Shown piece after piece: positions 27,448 through 36,594 of a stretch of DNA of 37,688 nt (positions within the stretch are counted from its first letter, which is position 1; the number at the start of each line of letters is the position of its first letter). Made by a program: the position numbers and the translations under genes. The notes under the pieces were generated by a model, which was not told the origin of the DNA, did no database searches, and saw only the letters and a program-made list of their open reading frames with translations. The stretch is taken from sequence record DRR723986_6670; one strand, 5' to 3'.

Positions 27448-29685
27448 ATGGACAGCAGTCTAGCCGAGCAATTTCAGATCCAGGCGGAAAATCCGCTGCC
27501 GCTGGCGGTCGTCATCGTCGCATCGGTAGCAATCGTCATGCTGATATCTTGGTTCTACTACCGAGAGCGTGGTAGAAGCGGACGGCTAACGCGAACGTCA
27601 CTCGCCGTAATTCGATGTGCCTTGTTGTTCCTGGTGATGTGGATGTTGTTCGCCTATTCCCAGCAACGCTGGAGTATCGCAAAGCCGATTCTGTCTGTAG
27701 TTATTGATTCCAGCGATAGTATGGCGACGCAGGACGAGGCTGGAGGTCCGACGCGATATGCTGAAGCTGTCTCCGCACTGAACTCTCTGCCACGTCGCAT
27801 CAGAAAGTCGCTGGAGAAACAGTATGACACGCGTTGGTTTAGGATTTCGAGTCGTGCTGAGAACGCTAGTGCGGATTGGCAAGATGTCGCACTCTTGAAA
27901 GATGATCGCGGCCCGGCAACTGAACAAAGTCGGCTTGGCGATGGGATTACGCAGATTGTTCGCAGCTACGGCGGCGGCTCGCTCGCCGGAATCGTGTTGT
28001 TAAGCGACGGAGTCAACACCGGTGGCAGAGGATTAGAAGCTGCTGCCCGAGACGCTAGGAACTACGGCGTGCCGATCAGTACGATTGCAGTTGGCCGAGG
28101 TACGCCAGCGCCCGACGTTCGCATCGTAGAATTGATGAACGATCGCGAAGTGTACGCAGGTGATGATGTGGTCGTGACCGTGAACATAGCGCTCAACAAC
28201 CAGGAAACGACCCGTTCGACGTTGAAGTTGGTCGACGAAGACACCGCCGCCGTAATTGATCAGACGGAACTGCGGATCACGGATGGCTATGGAGTTGCGA
28301 AACTGACTATGCCAGCGCCAGAGGTTGGTGTGCATGCACTCCGGGTGGAATTGCAGCCGCTTGACGGAGAGGAGAACTTAGCCAACAACCAAGCGAGCAC
28401 GACGGTCCGAGTCACGGATTCAACAATTCGAGTCTTGATGGTGTTTCAGCGACCGAGTTACGAGTTCCGGTTCCTGAAACACTGGTTGGAACGCTCTCGA
28501 GGCGTGGGCCGGTCGTCGCCCTTTCAACTCGATTGTGTGCTTCAAAGTGCAGAAGCAGACTACGTACGGCAGGATGATTCGGCGGTCCGATTGGTCCCAA
28601 CAAGTGCTGAGGAACTTGCTGCCTACGATGCGTTTATCTTCGGCGATTGTCGATTGGAGTTGATCAGCAGGGGGACGCAGCAACGCATTGTCAATGCGAT
28701 AACGGAAAATGGCGCCGGTTGCGTCTTGCTGTTTGGGCAAGACGAGCCAACAGGGGCGTGGGCTGGCGAGCCGTTGGGTGAATTGATTCCGGCTGATGTC
28801 TCTGTGCTCGGAGCGGATTTGGGGCAAGACTTCGGCGGTTTTCGTTGGGAGATGACTCGCGCCGGCGCGGCGCTTCTTCCCGCACTGGCCAGCGACCCGG
28901 ACGCAGAGACAACGATGCCGATTTTCGATTCGCTGTGCGCGGTCGATCGACTCAAACCGGGAGTGCAGGTTGTCGCCCAAGCCGTTTCTTCGCAAGGCAC
29001 GCAGCCGCTACTATTGTCGCAGTATTCCGGTGCAGGTCGCGTCTTTACACAGTTGACCGATGAGAGCTTTCGAATCGCGAGCATGTACGGTGGAGACGCT
29101 GAATATCAAAAATACTGGCTCAACGTGTTGCGCTGGTGCACCAAAGGGCGGTTAGCCTCCGAGAGGGGGTTCGACCTCACGGTGTCGCCAAAGCAACTGC
29201 GATTGGGCAACTCTGTTTCCGTTGCTATCCAATTTAGCAGACCGCCCAGCGATCCTCCGGTTGCAATTGCACGTTCGGGGGCAGAGAGTATCAGTAGTAT
29301 TGAGCTGGCTCCCAGCGTGGAGGAACCTCTTCGTTATGTTGGCGCATTCGAACCGAGTGCGGTTGGAAGCTACGAGATTGCAGCGAGCGTAGAAGGGGCC
29401 GTCGATCAGCAGACAAAGCGGATTGAGGTATTGGCATCCAACGTCGAACAGGATGAGTTGTTAGCCGATCGTGATATGCTCGCGAGAGTAGCTCAATTGA
29501 GCGGCGGAGAGTTTTACGAAATTGAACAAGTTGTTCAAGCGATGAGTCAACTGCCGGCTGGTCGCAGCGTTCGCTTGGGGGCGCTGCCGCCAAAGCCACT
29601 TTGGAACCATCCAATCGTTGCGGCAGCTTTCATGATGATGCTAACCGTTGAATGGATATTGCGTCGACGCGCCCGAATGCTGTGA
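27448..29685 (+). CDS. vWA plus GATase1-like membrane protein
   Basis: VIDSSDSM MIDAS, LLSDG, GEENLANN, PSYEFRFL, YDAFIFGD, C-terminal TM ending EWILRRR. Confidence 0.85.
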   Translation: MDSSLAEQFQIQAENPLPLAVVIVASVAIVMLISWFYYRERGRSGRLTRTSLAVIRCALLFLVMWMLFAYSQQRWSIAKPILSVVIDSSDSMATQDEAGGPTRYAEAVSALNSLPRRIRKSLEKQYDTRWFRISSRAENASADWQDVALLKDDRGPATEQSRLGDGITQIVRSYGGGSLAGIVLLSDGVNTGGRGLEAAARDARNYGVPISTIAVGRGTPAPDVRIVELMNDREVYAGDDVVVTVNIALNNQETTRSTLKLVDEDTAAVIDQTELRITDGYGVAKLTMPAPEVGVHALRVELQPLDGEENLANNQASTTVRVTDSTIRVLMVFQRPSYEFRFLKHWLERSRGVGRSSPFQLDCVLQSAEADYVRQDDSAVRLVPTSAEELAAYDAFIFGDCRLELISRGTQQRIVNAITENGAGCVLLFGQDEPTGAWAGEPLGELIPADVSVLGADLGQDFGGFRWEMTRAGAALLPALASDPDAETTMPIFDSLCAVDRLKPGVQVVAQAVSSQGTQPLLLSQYSGAGRVFTQLTDESFRIASMYGGDAEYQKYWLNVLRWCTKGRLASERGFDLTVSPKQLRLGNSVSVAIQFSRPPSDPPVAIARSGAESISSIELAPSVEEPLRYVGAFEPSAVGSYEIAASVEGAVDQQTKRIEVLASNVEQDELLADRDMLARVAQLSGGEFYEIEQVVQAMSQLPAGRSVRLGALPPKPLWNHPIVAAAFMMMLTVEWILRRRARML

Positions 29686-29716
29686 TTTGCTCGTAAAGAG
29701 TAAGAGGTGATTCAGA

Positions 29717-30370
29717 ATGCCTGACGAATCGACCACGGGGACTCACGAAAAGGGCGTGTTTGTTGATGTGGAGGGTTGTAGGGCTGCCTTCTTGGACATG
29801 GAAAACGATCGAGTTCAAGAGTTCGCGAGAGAGAAGCTGCGAAGTGATCCCTCAGAGTTCAGGTTGAAAACGATCGACGGCTGGCTCTACTTGTGGTTAG
29901 TGACATGGGTGGGCACCTTTCTTTCCGGTGGATGTTTCGGCTTTATGGTTGGCATCGTGGCAGGTTGGTGGGGCCTGATTTTCGGTGCATTCATTGGTGT
30001 TGCTTACTCGGCTGCGGTAGGGCTGTTGGTTGTTTCGACAGTCTTTCTTATCGCTTGGATGCTGTGGCTTGATCGCTATCCGTTTGCACTGGCTGCGGTC
30101 AGCGGTGGGCTAACTGGTTTGGTGTGTGCTCCGACTGCCTTCATTCTGACCGTGCCATTTGGTATCGCTGGTGGCATTTGGGCAGCAAAACGCTTCACCG
30201 CGTCAGCAACTGTTGAGCACTGGGGGCAGTTAGATGAGGACAGCGATCGAAAACCGTCGAGTTGGAAGAGTTTCACGCTGGGTGATTTATTCGCGAGAAT
30301 GACCGTGACGGCGGTCCTGCTTTCCGTATGGATGGTCGTGATCCGTTTGGTGTTCGGCTACTTCGACTAG
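29717..30370 (+). CDS. Hypothetical Gly-rich multi-TM membrane protein
   Basis: GAGGTG SD upstream; several Gly-rich hydrophobic helices; C-terminal SFTLGDLF-TM. Confidence 0.65.
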   Translation: MPDESTTGTHEKGVFVDVEGCRAAFLDMENDRVQEFAREKLRSDPSEFRLKTIDGWLYLWLVTWVGTFLSGGCFGFMVGIVAGWWGLIFGAFIGVAYSAAVGLLVVSTVFLIAWMLWLDRYPFALAAVSGGLTGLVCAPTAFILTVPFGIAGGIWAAKRFTASATVEHWGQLDEDSDRKPSSWKSFTLGDLFARMTVTAVLLSVWMVVIRLVFGYFD

Positions 30371-30379
30371 TCGCCGAAT

Positions 30380-31318
30380 TCAGTCTCCAGACAGTAGCGA
30401 CGCTAACTCGGAGGTGAATTCCTTGCTGCCATGAATATTCAAGTGGTGGGCGTCTTGGAAGAAGTCAGGATTGTCGTCGTAACCCGCGCCAGCGATGACG
30501 ATGGGCGTGTCGCCAAGAAGTTGCCTATAACGCTGCAGTGCTTTCTTGTCTTGTTCAACATGGCCAGCAAACATTGGCGGGTAAACGGCCACCACGCTGA
30601 TTCCGTGGTCGGCGCAGAGCTCAAGGATACGAGCCAGTGCGTCCACGCTCGCGGCGTCTTCAGTGACGTCTATCCAGCGAGCATCTTCCTTGCGGGAACG
30701 TAGCATTGCATCTGAATCGCCCGTCGAGTCAACAGCCGGAGCCTCATTTGGGTCGAATCTGTTGCCTCGTCGGCAGGCAAGGACGTCGTGCCAGCCGATC
30801 TGGCTACTAAATTGTGCCATGGCCCACATCGGTACCCATCGCCATGCGGCAGAAATCGACGCACCAAAGTGTTTCTTGAGTTCGCGGGCGACGATCGGAT
30901 CGGAAAGACGCGGAATGTAGCGGTATTCATCCAGCGGATGCGTGAAAGCGCCCTGTTTGAGGCCGTTGGGGTGCAGTTCAACGACGAGGGTCTTGCAGTC
31001 GTGGTGTTGGAGGAACAGTTCAAAATAGAGTGCTTGTTCAATCAAGCCTCGGCCGCCCCATGCAAGCTGCGTAGTCTCGCGCCCGGCATCCCGGCTGAGC
31101 TGATTCGGGTCGATTCCTTCCTTACTCAGCGACGAACCAAGCAGAACAACGTCGTGAGTTGTCTGTTCTGTCTGGAATATCCAATTGACGCGACTGGAGG
31201 GGTTAGCACGTCCGGCCCACTTTAAGAGTTGATCGTTTCCGACTAAACACGTCAGGACAATGGCTGAGAACCCAAGCACAACCCGCCAGCGTTTTGCATG
31301 TCTTCGAGGTCGTCGCAT
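30380..31318 (-). CDS. Membrane-anchored SGNH-like protein (DUF1574/DltD-like)
   Basis: Basic N-terminus plus TM; LLGSS block I; C-terminal FQDAHHLNIHG (DxxH). Confidence 0.65.
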   Translation of the reverse strand: MRRPRRHAKRWRVVLGFSAIVLTCLVGNDQLLKWAGRANPSSRVNWIFQTEQTTHDVVLLGSSLSKEGIDPNQLSRDAGRETTQLAWGGRGLIEQALYFELFLQHHDCKTLVVELHPNGLKQGAFTHPLDEYRYIPRLSDPIVARELKKHFGASISAAWRWVPMWAMAQFSSQIGWHDVLACRRGNRFDPNEAPAVDSTGDSDAMLRSRKEDARWIDVTEDAASVDALARILELCADHGISVVAVYPPMFAGHVEQDKKALQRYRQLLGDTPIVIAGAGYDDNPDFFQDAHHLNIHGSKEFTSELASLLSGD

Positions 31319-31358
31319 TGGTGTCGGTCTACGTAGAGCGTTTTCGGATCAGTACTGG

Positions 31359-32030
31359 CTAGGGCAAGAGCGAGAGGACTGATTTACTGGGGCGAGCAAT
31401 GACATGCGCCGCGATCAACTTGCCAAGCCCCTCGACCTTTGGTGAAGCGGCGTCGATTCCGGCGCGAACGGCTGCAACGTCGCCGCGGATGACGATCGTA
31501 ACGTAGCCACCACCAAGCTTCTCTTTGCCAACCACCTCCACTTGGGCCGCCTTGCATGCGGTATCAACCGCTTCGAAAACGGCCGTGAAACCCTGCGTTT
31601 CGATGAACCCAAGGGCCTGCACGGCTGCGGAATCGTTGTCACTCATGTTGTCATCCTCGGAGGGTTTGCTGCTGGCTGGTTTCTCGACGTAGGGTTCTGG
31701 CGTTTTGACGACAAATTGTTGAACCAGTGGGTTGAATTCCACTTCACTGGAGATGCCAACCATTGCGGCGGGGCTTGGCCGCGACATGACGGTCGCCTTT
31801 GGTTGACCGTGCATTGACTCGGCCGTGCTCAGACCTGCTTCGATGGCGGAGCGCACCTGCGCGTCGGTGCCAGCAATCTTGATGCAAGTTCCCAGGAAAT
31901 CATTCAGCTCCACTTGTAATAGCTCCACCGACGCCGCTTTTTCCATAGCGTCAAGAGCCACCATTGCCGGTGTCCAAGCGTGGGTTTCCAAGATGCCCAG
32001 CGATGGGGCGGAATCTGTAAGCTTAAGCAT
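31359..32030 (-). CDS. Bacterial microcompartment shell protein with two tandem BMC domains
   Basis: Domain 1 SLGILET..ALDAMEKAASVE; domain 2 ALGFIETQG..AVDTACKAAQVE..GGGYVTIVIRGDVAAVRA..AHVIARP. Confidence 0.92.
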   Translation of the reverse strand: MLKLTDSAPSLGILETHAWTPAMVALDAMEKAASVELLQVELNDFLGTCIKIAGTDAQVRSAIEAGLSTAESMHGQPKATVMSRPSPAAMVGISSEVEFNPLVQQFVVKTPEPYVEKPASSKPSEDDNMSDNDSAAVQALGFIETQGFTAVFEAVDTACKAAQVEVVGKEKLGGGYVTIVIRGDVAAVRAGIDAASPKVEGLGKLIAAHVIARPSKSVLSLLP

Positions 32031-32045
32031 GGCTGGGGATCAGCG

Positions 32046-33116
32046 CTAACGCTGGTAGATGGGGAGAAGTCCACGGTCGAGCTGGAGCATGATCAAATTG
32101 CACGCCGTTATGTAGACCGGACTAACAGAACCGTTCCACGATCCGTTGCTATTCTGTTCCTCAACGATTTGATTGTACAAGCGATCGCGAAACGGCAACC
32201 ACTTTTCGTCGCCCTGACGATAGACGACTTGGCTGTAGTACAAGTATGTGTAATGCCAATGCCCAAATGCAGTGCCCGCATCAGCTAGGCCACCGTAGAG
32301 TTGTTTCTCGGTGTATTCGAGCATTTCTGGTACGTGTTCACCATCGTAGTCGCCCGCATTGTAAAGTGTTGCAAGTGCCGCAGCCGTGATGGCGGGTCGT
32401 GATGTACCAAGGTGTTTACTTGAGTAGCTGATGCCTCCGTCTGGATTCTTGCATCGGTAGATGTACTCTTTGGCTTGTTCAATGGCTTCGGCGGGAACAG
32501 GGATGCCCGCATTGCGACATCCACGCAGCCCTTGAACTTGCGTGATGGTCGTGGAACCTTCGTCAAAATTGTTTCCATCTTTTGCGCTCACGTAACCCCA
32601 TCCACCGGCGGGCGTTTGCGCTTTGCAGCAAAACTCAACGGCACGATTAAGTGTTTCGATTAATTCACGACGGCGGTCCTCGTAACCCTCTTCCCCCAAA
32701 ACTTGGCTGAGCAGCAGCATTGAGAAACCGTGGCCGTAGGTGTAACGATCGTCGATAAACTGCGGGTCGCCGATCAGCCCGTTTGGCTTGCACTTGCTGA
32801 TTAGGAAGTCCGTGCACTGCGCGATTTGTTGTGCATACGGTCCTTGTGTAGTGGTTGAACCGGAGCAGAGAAGGGCGGTGCCAGCTAGAGCAGCCAGTGC
32901 GGTAGGGTATTGTTGAACATTCCAGCTTCCGCGCGGACTCTGTTCTCGGGCCAAGTAGTCCAGGCCATTGCGGACCGCTTGTTCCCATTCTGGATTGAGA
33001 TTTCGTGCGTCGTTGGCCGCAGCCGATGCCCGCTTTGGGCGGCACACGCCTGTCGCAAGAGCGGCGGCGGGCAATCCAAAACGAGTAAGTAGTTGCCGTC
33101 TGGAATAGTCAGTCAT
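32046..33116 (-). CDS. Tat-exported prenyltransferase/squalene-oxidase-repeat (alpha/alpha barrel) protein
   Basis: SRRQLL twin-arginine signal; QxxxGxW repeats (EQSPRGSW, AQTPAGGWGY, EQNSNGSW). Confidence 0.85.
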   Translation of the reverse strand: MTDYSRRQLLTRFGLPAAALATGVCRPKRASAAANDARNLNPEWEQAVRNGLDYLAREQSPRGSWNVQQYPTALAALAGTALLCSGSTTTQGPYAQQIAQCTDFLISKCKPNGLIGDPQFIDDRYTYGHGFSMLLLSQVLGEEGYEDRRRELIETLNRAVEFCCKAQTPAGGWGYVSAKDGNNFDEGSTTITQVQGLRGCRNAGIPVPAEAIEQAKEYIYRCKNPDGGISYSSKHLGTSRPAITAAALATLYNAGDYDGEHVPEMLEYTEKQLYGGLADAGTAFGHWHYTYLYYSQVVYRQGDEKWLPFRDRLYNQIVEEQNSNGSWNGSVSPVYITACNLIMLQLDRGLLPIYQR

Positions 33117-33349
33117 TTTTCGTAATCCTTCGGCGCTGACCCTGCTTCAGGGTACATGCATTTACGGCCAGTCACAGTTGCTAGCCATCGGCAACGAGCC
33201 CCCCTGACACCAGCAGGAAGCTCCTTGCAGGATGTCTGAAAGCGACCGTGAAATCAAGCTCAGAAGCGGATTGTTGGACCATGCTTGGCCACAAAACAGG
33301 CATCCGCGGCCGAATGTCTCCTTGATCTGCTACCAGTCTTCTCGATCGA

Positions 33350-34225
33350 CTACCAAGCGATCGTGGCTGGGAAGTATTCCGCGATGAGCTCCTCGTAGTA
33401 TGGTCGCAGCTCGGCAACACTCATCCGCTCATCACGTTTGGTATACAGATCGTACTGATTGAAGTCTCGTACCCACTGCATCGCTTTGCCGTCACTTTTT
33501 GAAAGCAAATGCGTGTAGGCACCCTCGTGGTGGATCGGATAGCACGAATGATAGCGAATCATAGCGAGCGCTGGCGGAGGTAGATAGTCTTTGACAACAT
33601 GATAAAGGTATTCATCGTGGCCCCATGAAAGCATGATGTTGTCCAGTCCACATCCGGGTTGGTAGATGCCAAATTCGGAGTTGTAACGATCGTCGGCTGA
33701 GTCAGGATTGTCGTCTAGGAACTCGTGGAAAACGATCTCTTCTGCGAAGCGGCAACCGACGGGAAACGTATCGCCCACGACGGCCCATTGAGGTTCATCC
33801 CATAGGCAGAGGATCTTTCCAAGGTCGTGAATCAATCCAGCCAGGATGAACCATCTTGGGCGCTCGTCAGCTCGGATTGCCTCAGCGGTTTGCAAAAGGT
33901 GTTCGATCTGGGGCAAGTCAATGTCAGGGTCGCTGTCATCGACCAACTGATTGAGAAACTCCATCGCTTCCCAGATGCCCATCTTTGCCTTGTTCAGTGG
34001 CAGATACTGTTCATGCTTGCTCTGCACAAACTGCACGGTCTGGTAGCGGTGGTTCAATCGATAGAACTCGCGAACAGATGATCGCGCCTGCGATTCGTAG
34101 TCACGAAAGTCCTCTTTCGATTTGGGCGCCGTGGTCGTTGCGGATGACTGCTCCGGATAGCGTTTGAGCAGTTCGTCGTCCCAATCATCGATCGAGGAAA
34201 GTGGATTGTTTTCTGGCGTAGTCAT
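33350..34225 (-). CDS. miox: Myo-inositol oxygenase (MIOX, HD-domain diiron)
   Basis: [64 protein letters not shown]. Confidence 0.92.
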   Translation of the reverse strand: MTTPENNPLSSIDDWDDELLKRYPEQSSATTTAPKSKEDFRDYESQARSSVREFYRLNHRYQTVQFVQSKHEQYLPLNKAKMGIWEAMEFLNQLVDDSDPDIDLPQIEHLLQTAEAIRADERPRWFILAGLIHDLGKILCLWDEPQWAVVGDTFPVGCRFAEEIVFHEFLDDNPDSADDRYNSEFGIYQPGCGLDNIMLSWGHDEYLYHVVKDYLPPPALAMIRYHSCYPIHHEGAYTHLLSKSDGKAMQWVRDFNQYDLYTKRDERMSVAELRPYYEELIAEYFPATIAW

Positions 34226-34228
34226 GAG

Positions 34229-36274
34229 CTATTGAGCCACTTCGATTCTGACAGTCACATTTCCAAAGGTCGAGCCGGCCCCAAGATCGGTTAGCCGTTC
34301 GCTCGTGATATCGTTTAGGCTCTTTTTGTCAGGAGCCAGTTTGGGCCACCACTGACCACGAGCAACGACGACTCCCTGCTTTGCGTCGCGAGAAACAATC
34401 GCTTTGCGGCGGATGCTTCCCGTGGAGCTAACGATATTGACCGCACAGGATTCTGTAAAACCGGCAGCCTGAGCGTCGTCGGGGTGAACAACGACCGTCG
34501 GTTCTCCACCGGCAGCTTTAATCAGCGAGTCAAGATTCCCCAGGCTGGTGTTGATGATATAGGGGCCCGGCGGTGAGATCAGACGCAGAGGAAACTGCTG
34601 CGTTGGCCGTTCTTGGAAATCAACTTGATGCGGCGGACCAATAGCCTGACCTTCATCCTCAGATGAACCGAAGCGGATTTTCTTGTCAGGGAAATGGCTG
34701 CCCTCAGCGTAAGGCCGGAGACCGTCTCCAAGATTCAGTTTGATGCTGCGCTCTCGTTTAAGGCGATCAAACGTAATGCCGCTGAGTCGTGGATGGTCTG
34801 ATGCCAACAGGTCGGCAGCGAGCTGTTCGGTTGTCATGCCGAAGACTTCGTCCGTCAACCCCATCCGCTTGGCAAGTTGTTTGAAGATCCAACTGTTGGG
34901 TTTGGTCTGTCCGCGTGCCGGAACGATTGGTTCAGCCCACTGTAGATGGTAATGTCCGTAAGCGGTGTAGATGTCCGGATGTTCGACGAACGTCGTAGCT
35001 GGCAGGAGAAAGTCAGCGAAATCAGCCGAGTCGGTTTGGAAGTGGTCAATGACGACCGTGAACAGATCGCTGCGACTGAGCCCCGAGCGTACGCCAGATG
35101 AGTTGGGCGCAACTGCGGCTGGATTGGAATTGAATATGAACAGAGAGGACAACAGTGGATCACCCTCAGCGAGGGCACTGGCCAATTGATTCTGGTTGAC
35201 GTGCCGTCGATTCGGCTGGACCAAATGAGCACCGGAGTAGCGTGATGTATTCAAGCCAAAGGCTCCGCTGGTGGACAGAGCCGCTCCGCCGCCACGGTGC
35301 TTCCACGCCCCCACAAGCGCTGGGAGCAGCGACGTCGCTCGCATCGCGTTTCCGCCGCCTTCATTGCGAGTCATCCCGTAGCCCATCTTCATGAACAGGG
35401 GCGACGTGTCGCAGATGTGTTTGACCAACATTTCGATTTGTGCTGGCGGCACTTGGCAGAACTCTGCAGTGCGTTCGATGGTCCACTCCGCAGCGCTGGT
35501 TCGGTACTCGTCCAATCCGCTTGCGTGGGCGGCCAGATACTCGCTGTCCTCAGCTCCGCGCCGTAACACCTCGTTGCCCACACATAGCGCCAGCGCAGCG
35601 TCGGTACCAACAGCCAGTTGGATAACTTCATCCGCAACTTGGCTAGTTTCATTGCGATAGGGGTCGACTTGAATAACAATCGCCCCATCCTTCTTGGCGG
35701 CTTTGATGATCGGTAAAAGGTGGCTGTTGGATCGGGCTACGTTGATTCCCCAAAGAACGATCAGTCGAGCGTGCTGGATGTCCTCAGGGTCGGTCGAAAG
35801 CTTCTCCTTGCCATAGTTGGCTTCCCAGCCGGCACCACCGGTTGCGGCGCAGATAGTCCAGTCCAGTTCGGACGCCCCGAGCCCGCGGAAGAAAGCCAGC
35901 GGGAAATCTCGCTCGACCAGGCCCATCGTGCCGGAGTAGCTGTAGGGTAGAACGCTTTCCGGACCGTGCAGTGCGATGTTCTCTTTGAGTTGCCTGGCGA
36001 TCGCATCCAACGCTTCGTCCCAGGAGACCCTCTCAAAGCGTCCTTCGCCCTTTTTACCAACCCGCTTCTGCGGAAAAAGAAGACGCTCGTCGTGCTCTTG
36101 TTTTTCAGGAAACCTATTCATTTTGACGCAGGCAAAACCCTGCGTTATCGGATGCTTGGCACCACCAAGTTTGACGACCCGCTTGGAATCTTGGACGTCT
36201 TCAACGGTTAGCTCGACCGCGCAAGTGTCGGGGCAATCAAGCGGGCAGACGGATGGAAAAACGGTCTTCGACAT
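34229..36274 (-). CDS. Cytoplasmic Mo/W-bisPGD oxidoreductase (uncharacterised CPLDCPDTC subgroup)
   Basis: N-terminal CPLDCPDTC...GFAC Fe-S motif, RVGKKGEGRFERVSWDEALD, ADFLLPATTFVE, C-terminal molybdopterin dinucleotide-binding domain; no Tat signal. Confidence 0.9.
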   Translation of the reverse strand: MSKTVFPSVCPLDCPDTCAVELTVEDVQDSKRVVKLGGAKHPITQGFACVKMNRFPEKQEHDERLLFPQKRVGKKGEGRFERVSWDEALDAIARQLKENIALHGPESVLPYSYSGTMGLVERDFPLAFFRGLGASELDWTICAATGGAGWEANYGKEKLSTDPEDIQHARLIVLWGINVARSNSHLLPIIKAAKKDGAIVIQVDPYRNETSQVADEVIQLAVGTDAALALCVGNEVLRRGAEDSEYLAAHASGLDEYRTSAAEWTIERTAEFCQVPPAQIEMLVKHICDTSPLFMKMGYGMTRNEGGGNAMRATSLLPALVGAWKHRGGGAALSTSGAFGLNTSRYSGAHLVQPNRRHVNQNQLASALAEGDPLLSSLFIFNSNPAAVAPNSSGVRSGLSRSDLFTVVIDHFQTDSADFADFLLPATTFVEHPDIYTAYGHYHLQWAEPIVPARGQTKPNSWIFKQLAKRMGLTDEVFGMTTEQLAADLLASDHPRLSGITFDRLKRERSIKLNLGDGLRPYAEGSHFPDKKIRFGSSEDEGQAIGPPHQVDFQERPTQQFPLRLISPPGPYIINTSLGNLDSLIKAAGGEPTVVVHPDDAQAAGFTESCAVNIVSSTGSIRRKAIVSRDAKQGVVVARGQWWPKLAPDKKSLNDITSERLTDLGAGSTFGNVTVRIEVAQ

Positions 36275-36594
36275 TTTGGCGACTTTGAAAGGGATGGCTC
36301 GCAAAAACCGCTGGGTTAAGCCCTCTGATTCGTGCGGGATTGTGGTATAGAATCAGAGTCTGCAGCGGTTCAAGTGTTATTCTACCCGAGACTGTTCAAT
36401 CCGTAGTGCAGGGCTGGCAAGCAGGCCTCATGAGCTTCGCAGGGGCAAATGGAACTTTGCCCCATGCGCGTGGGGTTCGAGCGGTTCGGTCAACGCAACG
36501 TCGACATAAACGCAGACATAGAGGACAAGGATCCGTGGAAATCGGTTCGCATCGACCATTCAGTAGTATTCTTGGGCTTGGGGCGAGGAATGAT

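Noticed and set aside
28420-29084. 191-aa and 153-aa antisense ORFs
   Set aside because: Fully inside the vWA/GATase-like CDS; composition typical of shadow ORFs, like most short ORFs in the track
32046-33116. Squalene-hopene or oxidosqualene cyclase
   Set aside because: Only 356 aa, exported, and lacks the DxDD/DCTAE catalytic motif
34229-36274. Formate dehydrogenase, nitrate reductase or DMSO reductase call
   Set aside because: No partner subunits, Tat signal or diagnostic active-site motif recognised; left unassigned
36471-36481. GGTTCGA resembling a tRNA T-loop; nearby GGGCAAA resembling a c-di-GMP-I riboswitch start
   Set aside because: No cloverleaf or acceptor stem, and no GNRA/second-stem architecture
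36340-36594. 85-aa N-terminal extension of the last ORF
   Set aside because: Would bury the signal peptide; GTG 36595 has an SD and gives a clean Sec signal
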